Notes: generated by a model from the sequence alone, not told the origin. DNA of 64,000 nucleotides from Pirellulales bacterium (GCA_963733035.1 CAVTBU010000006.1:960001-1024000), one strand, 5' to 3'. Positions 39,186 through 51,080 are shown, counted from the first letter of the stretch. Numbers and translations are program-made.

Positions 39186-40636
39186 TCATGGGGGACTGAC
39201 GGCGCGGGTGCGCATTTCGTCGGTTTTGAACGGTTTGAGGCCCGTTACCTCGCGACGGTTGTCGGTGGTGGGAAACACATCCCACAGGTTGTCGTTGGCG
39301 CTGACGCCAATCTCCAGGTTGCCGGTCGTCAAGTACGTCGTCTTGGCGACGAAGTCGGTGCCGTTGCCGCGGTCGAAACGAAGCACGATCGGATAGTTTG
39401 ACCGTAGCGTACGTGCGCCACCGGCCGGAACGATCAAGTCGTCGCCGCGAAAGATGAAATTGAACTGCTGGTTACTTTGTGAATTATCGAGCACCAGCTC
39501 GAAGTGCTGACGATAGAGCTGCCAACCGAGCTCAGTGGGCGTGAAGTAATAGGTGCCGGGCGTCAACGTATATGCGGCCTGGCCGAACTGGGCGCCGCGG
39601 TCGTACTCGATGAGCCAATTACGGCCGTCTGGAAGTGGCGGCAGTTTTTGCGACATGCCCGGCTCCGCGACATAGTGCGTGCCGTCGATGTTGTAATTGA
39701 TGGTACCGGTTGAACTCGAGGGATTCACCAGCAGCACGCCTTCGCTGACTTCCGCGCCTTCCGCTTCGGCCAGCGGCGTTCCACTAACCAGCGGCAGTCC
39801 CAACGCTTGGGCCGCGTTGCCGGTGTCGATTTCCAGCGGGCCGTCACCCTGGCGGCCGATGAGCACCGCGTGGTCGCCCAGCACGATGGCCGTACCGACG
39901 GGCATCGTGGGATCAAAAATCATCGTCACGTCGCCGCCCGTCGGAAGCTTGGCCGTGGGGCCCTTGGCCGGGATGGCGTTTTCGATGATCTTACGCGCTG
40001 CCACCCAATCTTCGAGCGTAGCGACCTCGGACGACAGGTCGGAGACCGCCGGCGTGGACCCGGCGATCTTACCGAGCGCGGCGTCGAAAGCCTCGACGTC
40101 TTGCGCAGCGCCGCCTTGTTCTTGCCAGCATCTTGCACAAGTTGCGTCATCAAGTGCTTGACGTCAGTTTGTCGAGCGGCCTGTTCGGCGCCGGCCGTGT
40201 CTTGCGGGTTGCCTTTGACCCAGGTTTCATAGACCGCCGTTGGATCGCCAGCCCGCAACGCGCTGACCAGCGCTTGTTGGTCCTCTGCCTTCCAGCCGGT
40301 GGTCTTGGTAAGGACCGCCAACTCGTCGGGCAGGATAGTTTTGAGCTTGTCGCGCAGATCGGCAACCTGGTTGGAAATGTGCCGGTCGATGTTCGACAGC
40401 GCCGTGGTCTGGGCGTCGGCCGAAAGCGGCACCGGCTTGATAATCTTGTTCGTCATCGCGACCGGCTTATTCGGCTCGAAGGTGTTCGGTCGCACCGCGG
40501 CGTTGGCGCGCGACGGCTCCGGACCAAACCGCGGCGGGGCGGCGGGTTGCGCCGTGGCGCTCGTGGACAACAGAAAGACAGCCAACGGCGCAGCGATCGC
40601 GAATAGAACGGCGGTTCGGAAAAAAGGGCGAAGCAT
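39186..40636 (-). CDS. Hypothetical secreted protein (frameshift near 40104)
   Basis: ORFs 39926..40636 (signal peptide, helical) and 39186..40004 (two similar beta-rich repeats, IEYDRG / LRFDRG) join with one added base. Confidence 0.7.
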
Positions 40637-41021
40637 GGCAATATCCCCCCGCAGAAATTGGAGTTGCGACCGGCGTCGCCGCGCGGCCTGGAGAATCTTT
40701 CACGTCGCGTAGAGACCATTAAGACGATTGACAAAATCTCTGCGCAGCAAATTGCATTCCAAGTGCCAGACGCGGCGATGGAGAGGTTGCCCCGACCAAT
40801 TTATTGGATGCCCGCTTGCCCGCGCGATTTCACGGCGATCATCGTGGGCGTGGGGCTGGCCAATTGCGACTGTGTCGCGGTTAGACGCTTACGACAATGC
40901 AAAGCACCAGCATTGCACGCGGTGCTGGTCAGTGGAGGAGGGCGGAGAAAGTAGGCAGGCATGTCATGCACGGAATGCATGATCTAGGTGACGGGGAAAC
41001 GGGAGGCAAAGCTCCCGGTCC

Positions 41022-43223
41022 CTACCGCATGTTCATATCGCAGCTCAAGCCGCCGGCGGCGGGGACGTAGGCGGTGCGGGTGTAGTCCATCACCATGCGG
41101 TGGGCGCTGAAGCGCCAGGCCAGAGAGCTGATGGAGTTGATCATGCGCTGGATCCAGCCGCGCGGCAGGCCGTCGACGTCGCGGTCGTAGTACAGTGGAA
41201 TGACCTCGTTCTCGAGCACTTCGTACAGCGACTCGGCGTCGCGCTGGTCGGTGATCTGGTCGGAGACATGGGCGAAGCCCTTGCCGATCGCAAAGCCGTT
41301 CGAGCCGTCGTAGGCTTCGGCCCACCAACCGTCTAGCACCGAGCAGTTCAGGCCGCCGTTGAGCACGGCCTTCTGGCCGCTGGTGCCCGAGGCTTCGAGC
41401 GGGCGGCGAGGGTTGTTGAGCCAGACGTCGACGCCCTGAATCAGGTGGCGGCAGACGTTGATGTCGTAGTCCTCGATAAACACGATGCGGTTGGCGAATC
41501 GATCGTCGTGCCGGGCATTGGCGATTCGCTTGATCAGTTGCTTGCCGGGCTCGTCCGCCGGGTGAGCCTTGCCGGCAACGATGATCTGGATCGGACGCTC
41601 CTCGTCGTTGATGATCTTGTAAAACCGCTCGAGGTCGGTCATGAACAGGTCGGCTCGCTTGTAGGTGGCGAACCGGCGGGCAAAGCCGATGGTGAGGATG
41701 TTCGGATCGAACAGATTTCGCGCGGCTTCGACCACGGCGTCGCTCTCGCCACGGCGGCGGCACTGCCGGCTCACGCGGCGGCGAACGAACGCCAACAGCA
41801 GGTTCTTAAGCGCGTAGTGTACTTCCCACAGCTCGCCCGGATCGATGCGGTTGATGCATTCCCAGGCTTCCGGCTCGCCCATTCGCTGGAGCCATCCGCC
41901 CGGGAAGTTGCGCTCGTAGAGCTGGAGCATTTGCCAGGCGAGCCAACTGGGCACGTGGACGCCGTTGGTGATGTGTCCGATGGGAATTTCTTCTTCCACG
42001 CGCCAGGGCCAGAGGTGGGCCCACATGCGGCGCGAGACGTGTCCGTGCAGGCAGCTGACGGCGTTGGCCCGCCGCGAGAGCTTGAGGCCCAGCACGGTCA
42101 TGCAGAAGCTTTCGCCTTCGTTGTGCGGCTCGACGCGGCCGAGGCCCATCAGTTGTTCGTAGCTGATTTTGAGCCGATCGCGCAGGGGGCCCAAGTGCTC
42201 TTCGATCAGGCCGCCGTCGAAGCGGTCGTGACCGGCCGGCACGGGCGTGTGCGTGGTGAAGACGGTATGTTGAGCCACTTCGCGCAGCGCGTTGTCGAAG
42301 CTGACGCCGTCGTTTTCCATCCGCTCGCGAATGACTTCGAGCGTGGCAAATACGCTGTGGCCTTCGTTCAAATGATAGACGCCCGGCGTGATGCCCAGGG
42401 CGGCCAGGGCCCGCACGCCGCCGACGCCCAGGACGAGCTCCTGGCGAATGCGGGTACGATGGTCGCCGCCGTAGAGCCGGCTGGTCAGCTCGCGGTCTTC
42501 GGGGCTGTTGCCCTCGACGTCGCAATCGAGCAGATATAAATGAACGCGGCCGACGTGCATCAGCCAGACCTTGGCCAGCAGTTCGCCGGTGCGGGTTTCG
42601 ACCGCGATGGTGATTTGCTTGCCGTGCTCGTCGCAGGCCGGCTGCATCGGGACGTTCTCAACCTTGGTGTCGAGGTATTCCTCGCGCTGGTAGCCTTCCA
42701 GGTCGAGATGCTGCTTGAAGTAGCCCTGGTCGTAGAACAAGCCGATGGCCACCAGGGGAATGCCTAGGCCGCTGGCGCTTTTAATATGGTCGCCCGAGAG
42801 GACGCCCAGGCCGCCGGAGTAGATGGGCACCGACTCGTGGATGCCAAACTCGGCGGAGAAGTAGGCGACGGGCTTGCTGCCCAGCACACCGGCGTTGGTC
42901 CGGCCCCAGGTGTGCGTGTTGGCCATGTATTCCTTGAGCCGGCGGTAGGCGTAGTTGATGCGGCTGTAGAGCACCAGCTCCGAGGCCCGCATTTCGAGCC
43001 GCTCGGGGGTGAACTCAGCCAGCAGCGCAATGGGGTTGTGGTCGAGTTGCCGCCAGCGAATGGGGTCGAGATCGCGGAAGAGATTGATGACTTCCGGGTG
43101 CCAGGTCCACCACAGATTGCGGGCCATGGCCACGCATTTGTCGTACAAGGTCTGTGGTGAAAGCTCGGAGAGCGCCAATTTTTTCGACGACTCAGCGGGG
43201 GGCGCGGCTTCGGTGCGACTCAT
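41022..43223 (-). CDS. glgP: Alpha-glucan phosphorylase
   Basis: YSGGLGVLSGDH, HLNEGH, FARRFATYKR, EASGTSGQK (PLP lysine); GGGAGG RBS. Confidence 0.95.
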   Translation of the reverse strand: MSRTEAAPPAESSKKLALSELSPQTLYDKCVAMARNLWWTWHPEVINLFRDLDPIRWRQLDHNPIALLAEFTPERLEMRASELVLYSRINYAYRRLKEYMANTHTWGRTNAGVLGSKPVAYFSAEFGIHESVPIYSGGLGVLSGDHIKSASGLGIPLVAIGLFYDQGYFKQHLDLEGYQREEYLDTKVENVPMQPACDEHGKQITIAVETRTGELLAKVWLMHVGRVHLYLLDCDVEGNSPEDRELTSRLYGGDHRTRIRQELVLGVGGVRALAALGITPGVYHLNEGHSVFATLEVIRERMENDGVSFDNALREVAQHTVFTTHTPVPAGHDRFDGGLIEEHLGPLRDRLKISYEQLMGLGRVEPHNEGESFCMTVLGLKLSRRANAVSCLHGHVSRRMWAHLWPWRVEEEIPIGHITNGVHVPSWLAWQMLQLYERNFPGGWLQRMGEPEAWECINRIDPGELWEVHYALKNLLLAFVRRRVSRQCRRRGESDAVVEAARNLFDPNILTIGFARRFATYKRADLFMTDLERFYKIINDEERPIQIIVAGKAHPADEPGKQLIKRIANARHDDRFANRIVFIEDYDINVCRHLIQGVDVWLNNPRRPLEASGTSGQKAVLNGGLNCSVLDGWWAEAYDGSNGFAIGKGFAHVSDQITDQRDAESLYEVLENEVIPLYYDRDVDGLPRGWIQRMINSISSLAWRFSAHRMVMDYTRTAYVPAAGGLSCDMNMR

Positions 43224-43445
43224 CAATCAAGACCTCCCAGACAGCAAAATAAGCGACGAATTATAACGAGACGGCAAATGTGGATCGACCCCACAATCCG
43301 ACCGCCTCGGCATCGTGCCGCCTAGAAGTTGCCCGACCTAAGCCGCTTCACTAGATTAAGTTCAGGTCACGCGTCCTGGATTATATAAGTCTGCGTCGGC
43401 CGCTGTCGAATCCTTTTTTCCGCCACACCGCAGGACCGCAACGTC

Positions 43446-44524
43446 ATGACGAAAACTTCTACTATCCATTCGCCAGACGATGCGGGGCTCGCGCGGCTCG
43501 CGGCGGATTTAGTACGATTGGGCGGTGAGATGGATCGCAGCGGCGCCTGGCCCGCCGAGCAATTGCGCCTTTGTGGCGAGGCCGGAGTATTCGAGTGGTT
43601 CATGCCGCGGCACTGGGGCGGACAGGAGTGGAGCGAGTTGGACGTGACGCGCGGTTACCTGCAGTTGAGCGCGGCCTGTCTGACCACGACGTTTGTCATC
43701 ACCCAGCGGACCGGGGCGTGCCAGCGGATTGCCGGCTGCGAAATCGAGCCGCTGAAGGAGCGGTTGCTACCGGATTTGGTGTCGGGCAAGTCCTTTGCCA
43801 CGGTGGGCATTTCGCATCTGACGACCAGTCGCCGGCACTTGGGCCGCCCCGTGCTGCGGGCCGAAGAAGTGGAGGGCGGCTTCATGCTCGATGGCTTTTC
43901 GCCGTGGGTCACCGGTGCAGACCATGCCAGCGTAATTGTGACTGGCGCGGAACTGGCCGACGGCCGGCAGATTCTGGTGGCATTGCCCACCGATGCGCCT
44001 GGAGTGACGATTCCCGCGCCGCCCGAGCTGGTCGGTATTTCGGCCAGCCACACCGGCGAAGTCCGTTTGGACAACGTACGTCTCGAGGCGGAGTGGCTGT
44101 TGGCCGGGCCGGTCGAGAACGTGATGAAGATCGGTGCCGGCGCGAACACGGGTGGTTTGCAGACCTCGACACTGGCGATTGGGCTGGCCGGCGCGGCAGT
44201 GACGTACTTGGAAGGCGAAGTCGCCAAGCGACCTGATTTGGAGACGCCGGCCGTGGAGCTGCGCCGCGATCAGCGGAAGCTGGAGGCGACGCTGTTGGAG
44301 TTGGCCACCGGGAACCAGGTGTGCAGCAACGAACAGCTTCGGGCAGGCGCGAACAGCATCGCCCTGCGCGCAGCCAGGCGGCCCTGGCCGCCGCGAAGGG
44401 AACCGGATACATCGTGGGTCATCCGGCCGGCCGCTGGTGCCGCGAGGCGCTGTTCTTTCTGGTGTGGAGCTGTCCGCAGGGTGTGATGGCGGCGAATTTA
44501 TGCGAGCTAGCGGGGATTGACTGA
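43446..44524 (+). CDS. Acyl-CoA dehydrogenase family protein (frameshift near 44370)
   Basis: ATVGISHLTTSR, LDGFSPWVTGA; the C-terminus QAALAAAKGTGY...REALFFLVWSCP lies in the next frame. Confidence 0.85.
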
Positions 44525-44631
44525 ACGGCGCCCCGCCCCCTTGCGCCCTAGCCCCAAATGGGCTATGATTTGCGGTTTGTCGTTATCGAAGAAAATTGTG
44601 AGAGAGTAAGAATAGGAGTGCAGGCGCGACC

Positions 44632-45285
44632 ATGGTTAACGATACGAATGTTCACTGGCACGATCACAGCGTAAGCCGCGAAGAACGAGAGGCCCTCAAG
44701 GGGAACAAGGGTTGTGTGATTTGGTTCACCGGCTTGAGCGCCTGCGGCAAGAGCACCGTCTCGAACCTGGTCGACCACTTGTTGCACAAGCGGGGCGTGC
44801 ACAGCTACGTGCTCGACGGCGACAACGTGCGTCATGGCCTGAATGCCGGCCCGGGGATGCTCAAGGAACGGCATGGCGAGGAGTTCGCCAAGCGATTTGG
44901 CCTGGGTTTCTCGGCGCAAGACCGCGAAGAGAACATTCGTCGCATTGGTGCGGTGGCGAAGCTATTTGCCGAAGCTGGCACGGTGACGCTGACCGCCTTC
45001 ATTAGCCCCTATCGCCGCGACCGCGATGCGGTGCGGGCAGCGATGAACGAGGGGGACTTCATCGAGATCTTCGTCGATGCCCCGATCGAGGTTTGCGAAG
45101 CCCGCGATCCCAAGGGGTTGTACAAGAAGGCGCGTGCGGGCGAGATCAAGGGCTTTACCGGGATCGACGATCCGTACGAAGCGCCCGAAAAGCCCGAGCT
45201 GGTGCTCGACGCGGGGACCAAGGACGCCGAAACCTTGGCTGGGGAAGTGATTGCCTACCTTGAGAAGACCGGCAAGATTCATTAG
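44632..45285 (+). CDS. cysC: Adenylyl-sulfate kinase
   Basis: [42 protein letters not shown]. Confidence 0.95.
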   Translation: MVNDTNVHWHDHSVSREEREALKGNKGCVIWFTGLSACGKSTVSNLVDHLLHKRGVHSYVLDGDNVRHGLNAGPGMLKERHGEEFAKRFGLGFSAQDREENIRRIGAVAKLFAEAGTVTLTAFISPYRRDRDAVRAAMNEGDFIEIFVDAPIEVCEARDPKGLYKKARAGEIKGFTGIDDPYEAPEKPELVLDAGTKDAETLAGEVIAYLEKTGKIH

Positions 45286-45368
45286 TTCGAACTAAGGTTT
45301 TGGATGTGCCAGCATGCACAAAGCGCGCCAATCGGGGGCGTGCTATCGTCGTGCGTCGCTCTTTCTGG

Positions 45369-45396
45369 TTGACATCGCTCGCGTGCCCACTACATT
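45369..45396 (+). promoter_or_regulatory. Sigma70-type promoter for the BON gene
   Basis: TTGACA (45369-45374), 16-nt spacer, TACATT (45391-45396). Confidence 0.5.
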
Positions 45397-45586
45397 GAAT
45401 TGGGCGTGCGGTCGACGCGATGGGGGCGGTATCAACTGAATCCGCCACCGTGCTCCTCCCCGCTCGCGACTTACCGGCGTGATGGGCACCATGCAGGATG
45501 TTTGCCCACGTGGAACCGCAGTGAGTTTCGCCGCGCTGACCGCAGTTAGAATTGTTCTTCAATGTCCAGGGAGGGAGGCGGCATCA

Positions 45587-45805
45587 ATGCCAGTACTCAC
45601 GGCAAAAGATGTGCAGGCTAAAGCGCAACAGGCGCTGGCCGAGAGTCCCGTCTTCGCGCTACGCGAGATCCTCGTCGAGCGTGACGGCGACACGCTCATT
45701 CTCATCGGCGAAGTCTGCAGCTTTTATCACAAGCAGATGGCGCAGGAAATCGTGCGCCAACATGGCGAAGGCGTGGAAGTCGTCAATACGATCCACGTGC
45801 AGTAG
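45587..45805 (+). CDS. Small single-BON-domain protein
   Basis: GEVCSFYHKQMAQE...VVNTIHV; strong GGAGG RBS. Confidence 0.8.
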   Translation: MPVLTAKDVQAKAQQALAESPVFALREILVERDGDTLILIGEVCSFYHKQMAQEIVRQHGEGVEVVNTIHVQ

Positions 45806-45835
45806 CCTGTTGCTCGCGGCGGCCGGCCGCCAGCA

Positions 45836-46893
45836 CTACGCGGCGCAAACGACTGCGCCTGCGCGGTGAGTTGCTCGGCCACGGTTTCGTAAACGCGTTC
45901 GACCGTTAGCAGCCGCATACAATCGTGGTGCTTCAGCGGGCAAGCGCGTCGTCCGCAAGGCCCACAGGGCACCGCGTGGTTCAAACAAACTTCGCGCGGA
46001 TAGTGCGTACGGGTCCAGGCCTTGTCGGTTGGTCCGAACAGCGTGATTACCGGCACGTCAAAGGCCACGGCAAAGAACCGCGGACCGCTATCGGTGGTGA
46101 CCATCAGCCGGCTGCGACGAATGCAGGCCTTGGTCAAGCCGATTGAGATCGGTTCATCGGCCAGGCTCACCACGCGGGGATGATTCGCCGTGTTGACAAT
46201 TTCCCGGGCAATCTCGCGCTCGTTCGGCCCGCACGTGACCAGCACCGCCAAGCCCTTTCGGGTGGCGATTCGCTCGGCCAGCCGGGCGAAGTATTCGGTG
46301 GGCCAGAGCTTGGCGGCACCGTAGGCGCCGCTTGAGTTGAGCACGACCACCTGGTCTCCCGGCGGCAAGTTCCACTTCTCCCAAACCGCGTCGGCGGCGG
46401 CCTCATCGGCGATGAGCGTGGCCAGTTCGAGCCGGGGCGACTGGGGTTCGCAACCGAGCGCGTAAGCAATGTGCAGGTAGGCGTCGATGGCGGGGAACGG
46501 AAGCCGGTGAAATCCGACGCGCGGGGCGTAGACCTTGTGCGTTAGCAGCAGGCTTCGCCCATAGCGCACGTACCCGACACGCTGCGCCGCGCCGCTGGCT
46601 CGCGCCAAAATCGCCGTCCGCATCGAGTTGGTAAGCAGCACCATTGTGTCGAAGCCAGCTCGCCGCATGGCAGCCAGTGCGGCCGGCGTGCGTTCGGCGG
46701 GATTCGACGAACGCGGGTTGAACAGAATGCGGCCGCTTAGCCAGGGCGTGCCGGCCAAGACCTCCGACACGTAGGGCCGCATGATGCCGATCATTTTCGC
46801 ACCGGGGCCATAGTGCTGACGCAGTGCGCGGAGCGTCGGCGTGCACATGGCCGCATCGCCGACCCAATTGGGGATGAACACGCCGATTTTCAC
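45836..46893 (-). CDS. waaF: LPS heptosyltransferase II, GT9 (probable frameshift near 45855)
   Basis: PNWVGDAAM, GAYGAAKLWP, TTDSGPRF, LFGPT, CGPC...CPLKHHDCM. Adding one base gives an end of APVVCAA* and removes the overlap with the BON gene. Confidence 0.85.
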
Positions 46894-46947
46894 GCCACGT
46901 CTCCCTGACTGTCGGTCGAACATGCCTTGCCGGCATCGCTCAACCTG

Positions 46948-47576
46948 CTAACGACCTGCCCCGTTCAGATGCGTGGGAGGATACGTGTATTGGCCAATTC
47001 GTGGAATGCCAGCCGGAACGCGCAACAGATGTTCGATTTGATCGGCGGCCGCCAGCAGGTCGGCGGCGACCAGATCAGGTTTTACGTTCACTTCGGGCTC
47101 GCCTGTGCCTCTGCGCCGGTCTGCACGAGCACTGTGCGGCAACCAGCAGCGCGTCCAGCAGCGACGTCGGACAACTTGTCGCCGATAGCAACGCTGGCAG
47201 ACAAGTCGAGCCCGTGGTCTTGCGCTGCTTGCAGCAGCATGCCCGGCGCCGGTTTGCGAAGCGGCGAGTCGCGGCGAAATTCCCCCAGGCCCTCGGTCGG
47301 ATGAAAGGGGCAAAAATAGATGCCGGCAATCTTGATGCCTCCGTCGTGCAGCAATCGGCACAAGGCGGCGTTGAACGTATGCATTTGGGCTTCGCTGAAA
47401 TAGCCCCGACCGATGCCCGACTGGTTCGTCGTGATGAACAGTTTAAAACCGAGCGACTGTAACTTGCGCAAGCCCGCGCACACGTTCTCGACAAGCAGCA
47501 GATCTTTCACGCGATGCGCATAGCCGACGTCGACGTTGAGGGTGCCGTCGCGATCAAGAAAGATGGCTGGTTTCAC
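46948..47576 (-). CDS. gmhB: D,D-heptose 1,7-bisphosphate phosphatase (frameshift near 47113)
   Basis: AIFLDRDGTL, TNQSGIGRG, CPFHP, RKPAPGML, IGDKLSD. The typical C-terminus KPDLVAADLLAAA lies in the next frame. Confidence 0.9.
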
Positions 47577-47614
47577 CGGACAAGTCCATCGTGGAGTTGG
47601 ATTGCTGCTGTTGA

Positions 47615-48662
47615 CTAGGCAGCGGCCGCGCCTGGCGATGCGTATTGCAAGGCTGCATCCAGAACTTCGTTTACCGTGATGCGGGCCATCAGGGCATCGC
47701 CTTGTTCTTTGGGAACGCTGGGGTCTTCGCCAATTTCCTGCGGGGCGACCAGCAGCGTGTGGCGCGTTCCGAGCGGTGCCCATTTGGCGGGCACATGGGC
47801 CGGATGCGGACTAAACAGGGCGACCGTGGGCGTGCCGACCACCCCGGCCACGTGCATCGGCCCCGTGCTGGAAACGATCAAGACTTGTTGCGCAAATCGC
47901 CGCGGTCAGTTCCGGCAATGTCAGGTTGGTGTAACGCGCGACGCGCGACCGCAGCCCCGAGTCGAGCTGGCCGCTAACCTCTTCCAGCAGCGACTGTTCG
48001 TCCGGGCTGCCGGTCAACATGACCCGGCCATGTGGTGCCAGGCGACGGACCAACTCGGCGTAGTGCGAAACGGGCCAATTGTAGGCGCTGTTCTTGTTGC
48101 CCGGATGGACCCCAAACAACGGGCCTTCGCTGCCCAGATCTCTCGCGATCCGTTCGGTGACGCGCTGTTTCGCGGCCGGGTCGACTGGAAAGCGGGGGAG
48201 CTGAATTGGCTTGGATGCCGCGACCCCCAACTTTGCGGCGAAGGCCATGGCGAACGCGGCTTCGTGAATCGGCGGACGGCTGCGGTGCAACATGACCGGA
48301 TGCGTGGAGGTGAGCCAGCCGACGGGCTTGTATCCCCAGCCGACGCGGCAAGGAATGCGTGCCGCACGCACCGCCAGGCAGTTGCGAGTATTCGTATTAA
48401 ATACGAGCGCGGCGTCAAAGCGCTCCGTTGCCAGCCGGCGACCCAGCGCCCACGCGCTTTCGTCAGGCTCGTCGTAAAGCAGCTCGTCGATCGCCGGATG
48501 TTCGGAAACCAACGGCCCGGCATAGCGGCTTGCCAGCAGCGTGAGACGCGCCTCGGGCAGCTGTGCCCGTAGGGCCTCGATGGCGGGCAGCGTCAGCACC
48601 AGGTCGCCGACGCGATCGTTTCTCACCAGCAGGATCTTGCCTGGTTGCTTGGACGCTGCCAT
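47615..48662 (-). CDS. GT9 family glycosyltransferase (frameshift near 47890)
   Basis: RNDRVGDLVLTLP, VHPG...NWP; SSTGPMHVA...PTVALF in the next frame. Confidence 0.85.
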
Positions 48663-48694
48663 CAATTGGTTGCCTCAAATTATGACGGCGCGGC

Positions 48695-49525
48695 TTAGGC
48701 GGCGTCGCGCTGTCCGATATCTTGGTGAGCCGCGGCGGGGTGCTCGAGTTCGGGGTCGGGTTGCGGAAGTGCGTGCTGCATTTCCCACATCCGCACTTGC
48801 TTGGCAAACGATGAGAAACCGGTGAGCACGCTGAGCTGCAAGCCGGCCAGTCCGTCGAGAAATCCCAAGCGAAAGATGTAGCAGTGCAAGAACCGAAAGG
48901 GGAGCGCGAACATCATCGACCAGAAGTTTGCCCGGCGTCCGGCCTGATATTTGTTTTGAGCTCCCTGCACCGTGTAGCGCTGGAGCTTGCGAAAGTATTG
49001 ATCGTAGGTCCAGTAGGTGAAGTGCGTGAGTCGGTGCTTGAGCTTGCCGACGTTGCCGGTGGTGATGCCGACTTCGGCATGATCGCTTTCGCCCTGGTAA
49101 CGTCCAAGGTCGCGGCGAAACAGTCGCAATACTTTGTCGGCGCCCCAGCCAGCGTAGCGAATGCGGTGTCCCAAAAAGTAGTTGGCGCGATAGATGTCGT
49201 AGCCGTCGCGCTTTGGGCCGGCCGTGAGCAGGGCGTTGATCTCGTCGGCCAACTCCGGTGATACGCGTTCGTCGGAGTCGACGATCAGCACCCACTCGTG
49301 CCTGGCCTGCGGGATGGCCCAATTCTTGAAGTTGCCAGAATTGATGTACTCGCGTTCGACAATCCGGCAACCGCCCAGCGAGCGCACAATGTCGAGCGTG
49401 CCATCGGTCGAACCGGAATCGGCCACTAGAATCTCATCGCCCACCAGCTTGGCCGACAGTACGCAAGGACGGATGTTCTTGCGCTCGTTCTTGCAGGGAA
49501 TGATGACGGTCAGCTTTTGCTTCAT
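48695..49525 (-). CDS. GT2 LPS glycosyltransferase (WaaE/KdtX-like)
   Basis: LTVIIPCKNE, DSGSTDGT, WVLIVDSDE, GFLDGLAG. Confidence 0.9.
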   Translation of the reverse strand: MKQKLTVIIPCKNERKNIRPCVLSAKLVGDEILVADSGSTDGTLDIVRSLGGCRIVEREYINSGNFKNWAIPQARHEWVLIVDSDERVSPELADEINALLTAGPKRDGYDIYRANYFLGHRIRYAGWGADKVLRLFRRDLGRYQGESDHAEVGITTGNVGKLKHRLTHFTYWTYDQYFRKLQRYTVQGAQNKYQAGRRANFWSMMFALPFRFLHCYIFRLGFLDGLAGLQLSVLTGFSSFAKQVRMWEMQHALPQPDPELEHPAAAHQDIGQRDAA

Positions 49526-49529
49526 GACA

Positions 49530-51080
49530 TCAGCCTGCTCGACGCAAGTTGGGCGGTGTCGCGGGAGAGGCGGTTGCCGTCTGGGCTGTCGTCGGCGCCG
49601 GTTCGCCCCGAGCGAGCGACGAGAGAATGTTGGTGGTGGAGATGCCATCGACGAGCCCAGTGACGCAGACACGGCCGCCGTAGGACTCGACGATCTCATG
49701 TCCCACGACTTGCTGCGGAGTGTAGGTTCCACCTTTGACCAACACTTCGGGACGAATGGCTTCCAGCAGCGCGTGCGGCGTGTCTTCGTCGAACACGACG
49801 ACGTAGTTCACACAGGCCAGAGCCGCCAGCATCGCGGCGCGGTCGGCTTCGCTGATAACCGGCCGGCTGGGGCCTTTGAGCCGCCTGACACTGGAGTCGC
49901 TGTTAACGCCTACGACCAGCAGGTTTCCCAGGGCCGCCGCTTCGGCGAGGTAGCTCACGTGACCCACGTGGAGCAGGTCGAAACAGCCGTTGGTGAAGAC
50001 GATTTTTTGTCCCCGGCGTCGATGCTGTTCGGCGATTTGCGTCATCTGTGCGAGTGTGACGACTTTGGACGCGCTGCCATGTCGGATCGAGAGTAGCTCG
50101 GCCCGAATCTCGTCGCGGTAGAGGACCGTCACTCCGGCGCGCTCGACTTCCAGGCCCGCCGCGACGTTACCCAGCCGGACGGCATCGTCAGGGGTCGTGC
50201 CCGATGCCAGACACAGGCCGACCATCGCCAGGACCATGTCGCCCGCCCCCGTGATGTCGTAGATCGAACGGGCCTGCGTGGGAAAGAACTCGCCGAAACC
50301 GGTTTGCTCGACCAGCAGCATGCCGTCGCGATCGAGCGTGACCAAGGCCATCTTGGCGTCGAGCTGTTCGCATAGCTTGCGCCCGGCCGCCATGGCGTCC
50401 GTCGGCTGGGCAATCTTGATGCCGGTGGCATGTTCGGTTTCGCTGCGGTTGGGCTTAATGACCGTCACGCCGCGGTAGTTTTCCAGCGGACACGACAGGC
50501 TCGGGTCGACGACGATTGGAATTCCAACCAGCGTAGCGGCGTTGATGGCCGCCCGCAGCACGCGGGGCGTGCAGACGCCTTTGCCGTAGTCGGAGATTAG
50601 CAACGCGTCGTGCCACGGCATCCGCGATTCAATTCTTTCGATGAGCTCCTCTTCCAGCGGCGTATCAATTGCCGCGCAGCTTTCGTGGTCGACGCGGAGG
50701 ATCTGGCTGGGGTGTCGACTATCGGCTCGACCGACGAACCGCTCCTTGACGGAGGTTGGACGGGTCGGATCGGCGACGATCGCCTCGCAGCAGGCGCCGG
50801 CCGCATCGAGCAGCCTACGTAACTCCTCGCCGGCCGCGTCCGCTCCGATGACGCCTGCACAAGTCACGTCGGCTTCGAGGGCTAAAAGCATGTTGGCCAC
50901 ATTGGCAGCCCCGCCGGGGCGAGCTTCGCGGCCATCGGCGCGGAGCACGATGACAGGGGCTTCTTGGCTGATTCGCTGGGCATCGCCGTAGGTATAGCGA
51001 TCGAGCAACAGATCGCCGAGGACGAGAACCTTGGGACGATCAAGCCGTTCCAATACGCGCGCCAAATCGTGGGGACTCAT
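49530..51080 (-). CDS. hldE: Bifunctional heptose-7-phosphate kinase / heptose-1-phosphate adenylyltransferase
   Basis: RISQEAPV, GGAANVA, DITGAGD (PfkB) plus FTNGCFDLLHVGH and KGPSRP (cytidyltransferase-like). Confidence 0.95.
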   Translation of the reverse strand: MSPHDLARVLERLDRPKVLVLGDLLLDRYTYGDAQRISQEAPVIVLRADGREARPGGAANVANMLLALEADVTCAGVIGADAAGEELRRLLDAAGACCEAIVADPTRPTSVKERFVGRADSRHPSQILRVDHESCAAIDTPLEEELIERIESRMPWHDALLISDYGKGVCTPRVLRAAINAATLVGIPIVVDPSLSCPLENYRGVTVIKPNRSETEHATGIKIAQPTDAMAAGRKLCEQLDAKMALVTLDRDGMLLVEQTGFGEFFPTQARSIYDITGAGDMVLAMVGLCLASGTTPDDAVRLGNVAAGLEVERAGVTVLYRDEIRAELLSIRHGSASKVVTLAQMTQIAEQHRRRGQKIVFTNGCFDLLHVGHVSYLAEAAALGNLLVVGVNSDSSVRRLKGPSRPVISEADRAAMLAALACVNYVVVFDEDTPHALLEAIRPEVLVKGGTYTPQQVVGHEIVESYGGRVCVTGLVDGISTTNILSSLARGEPAPTTAQTATASPATPPNLRRAG

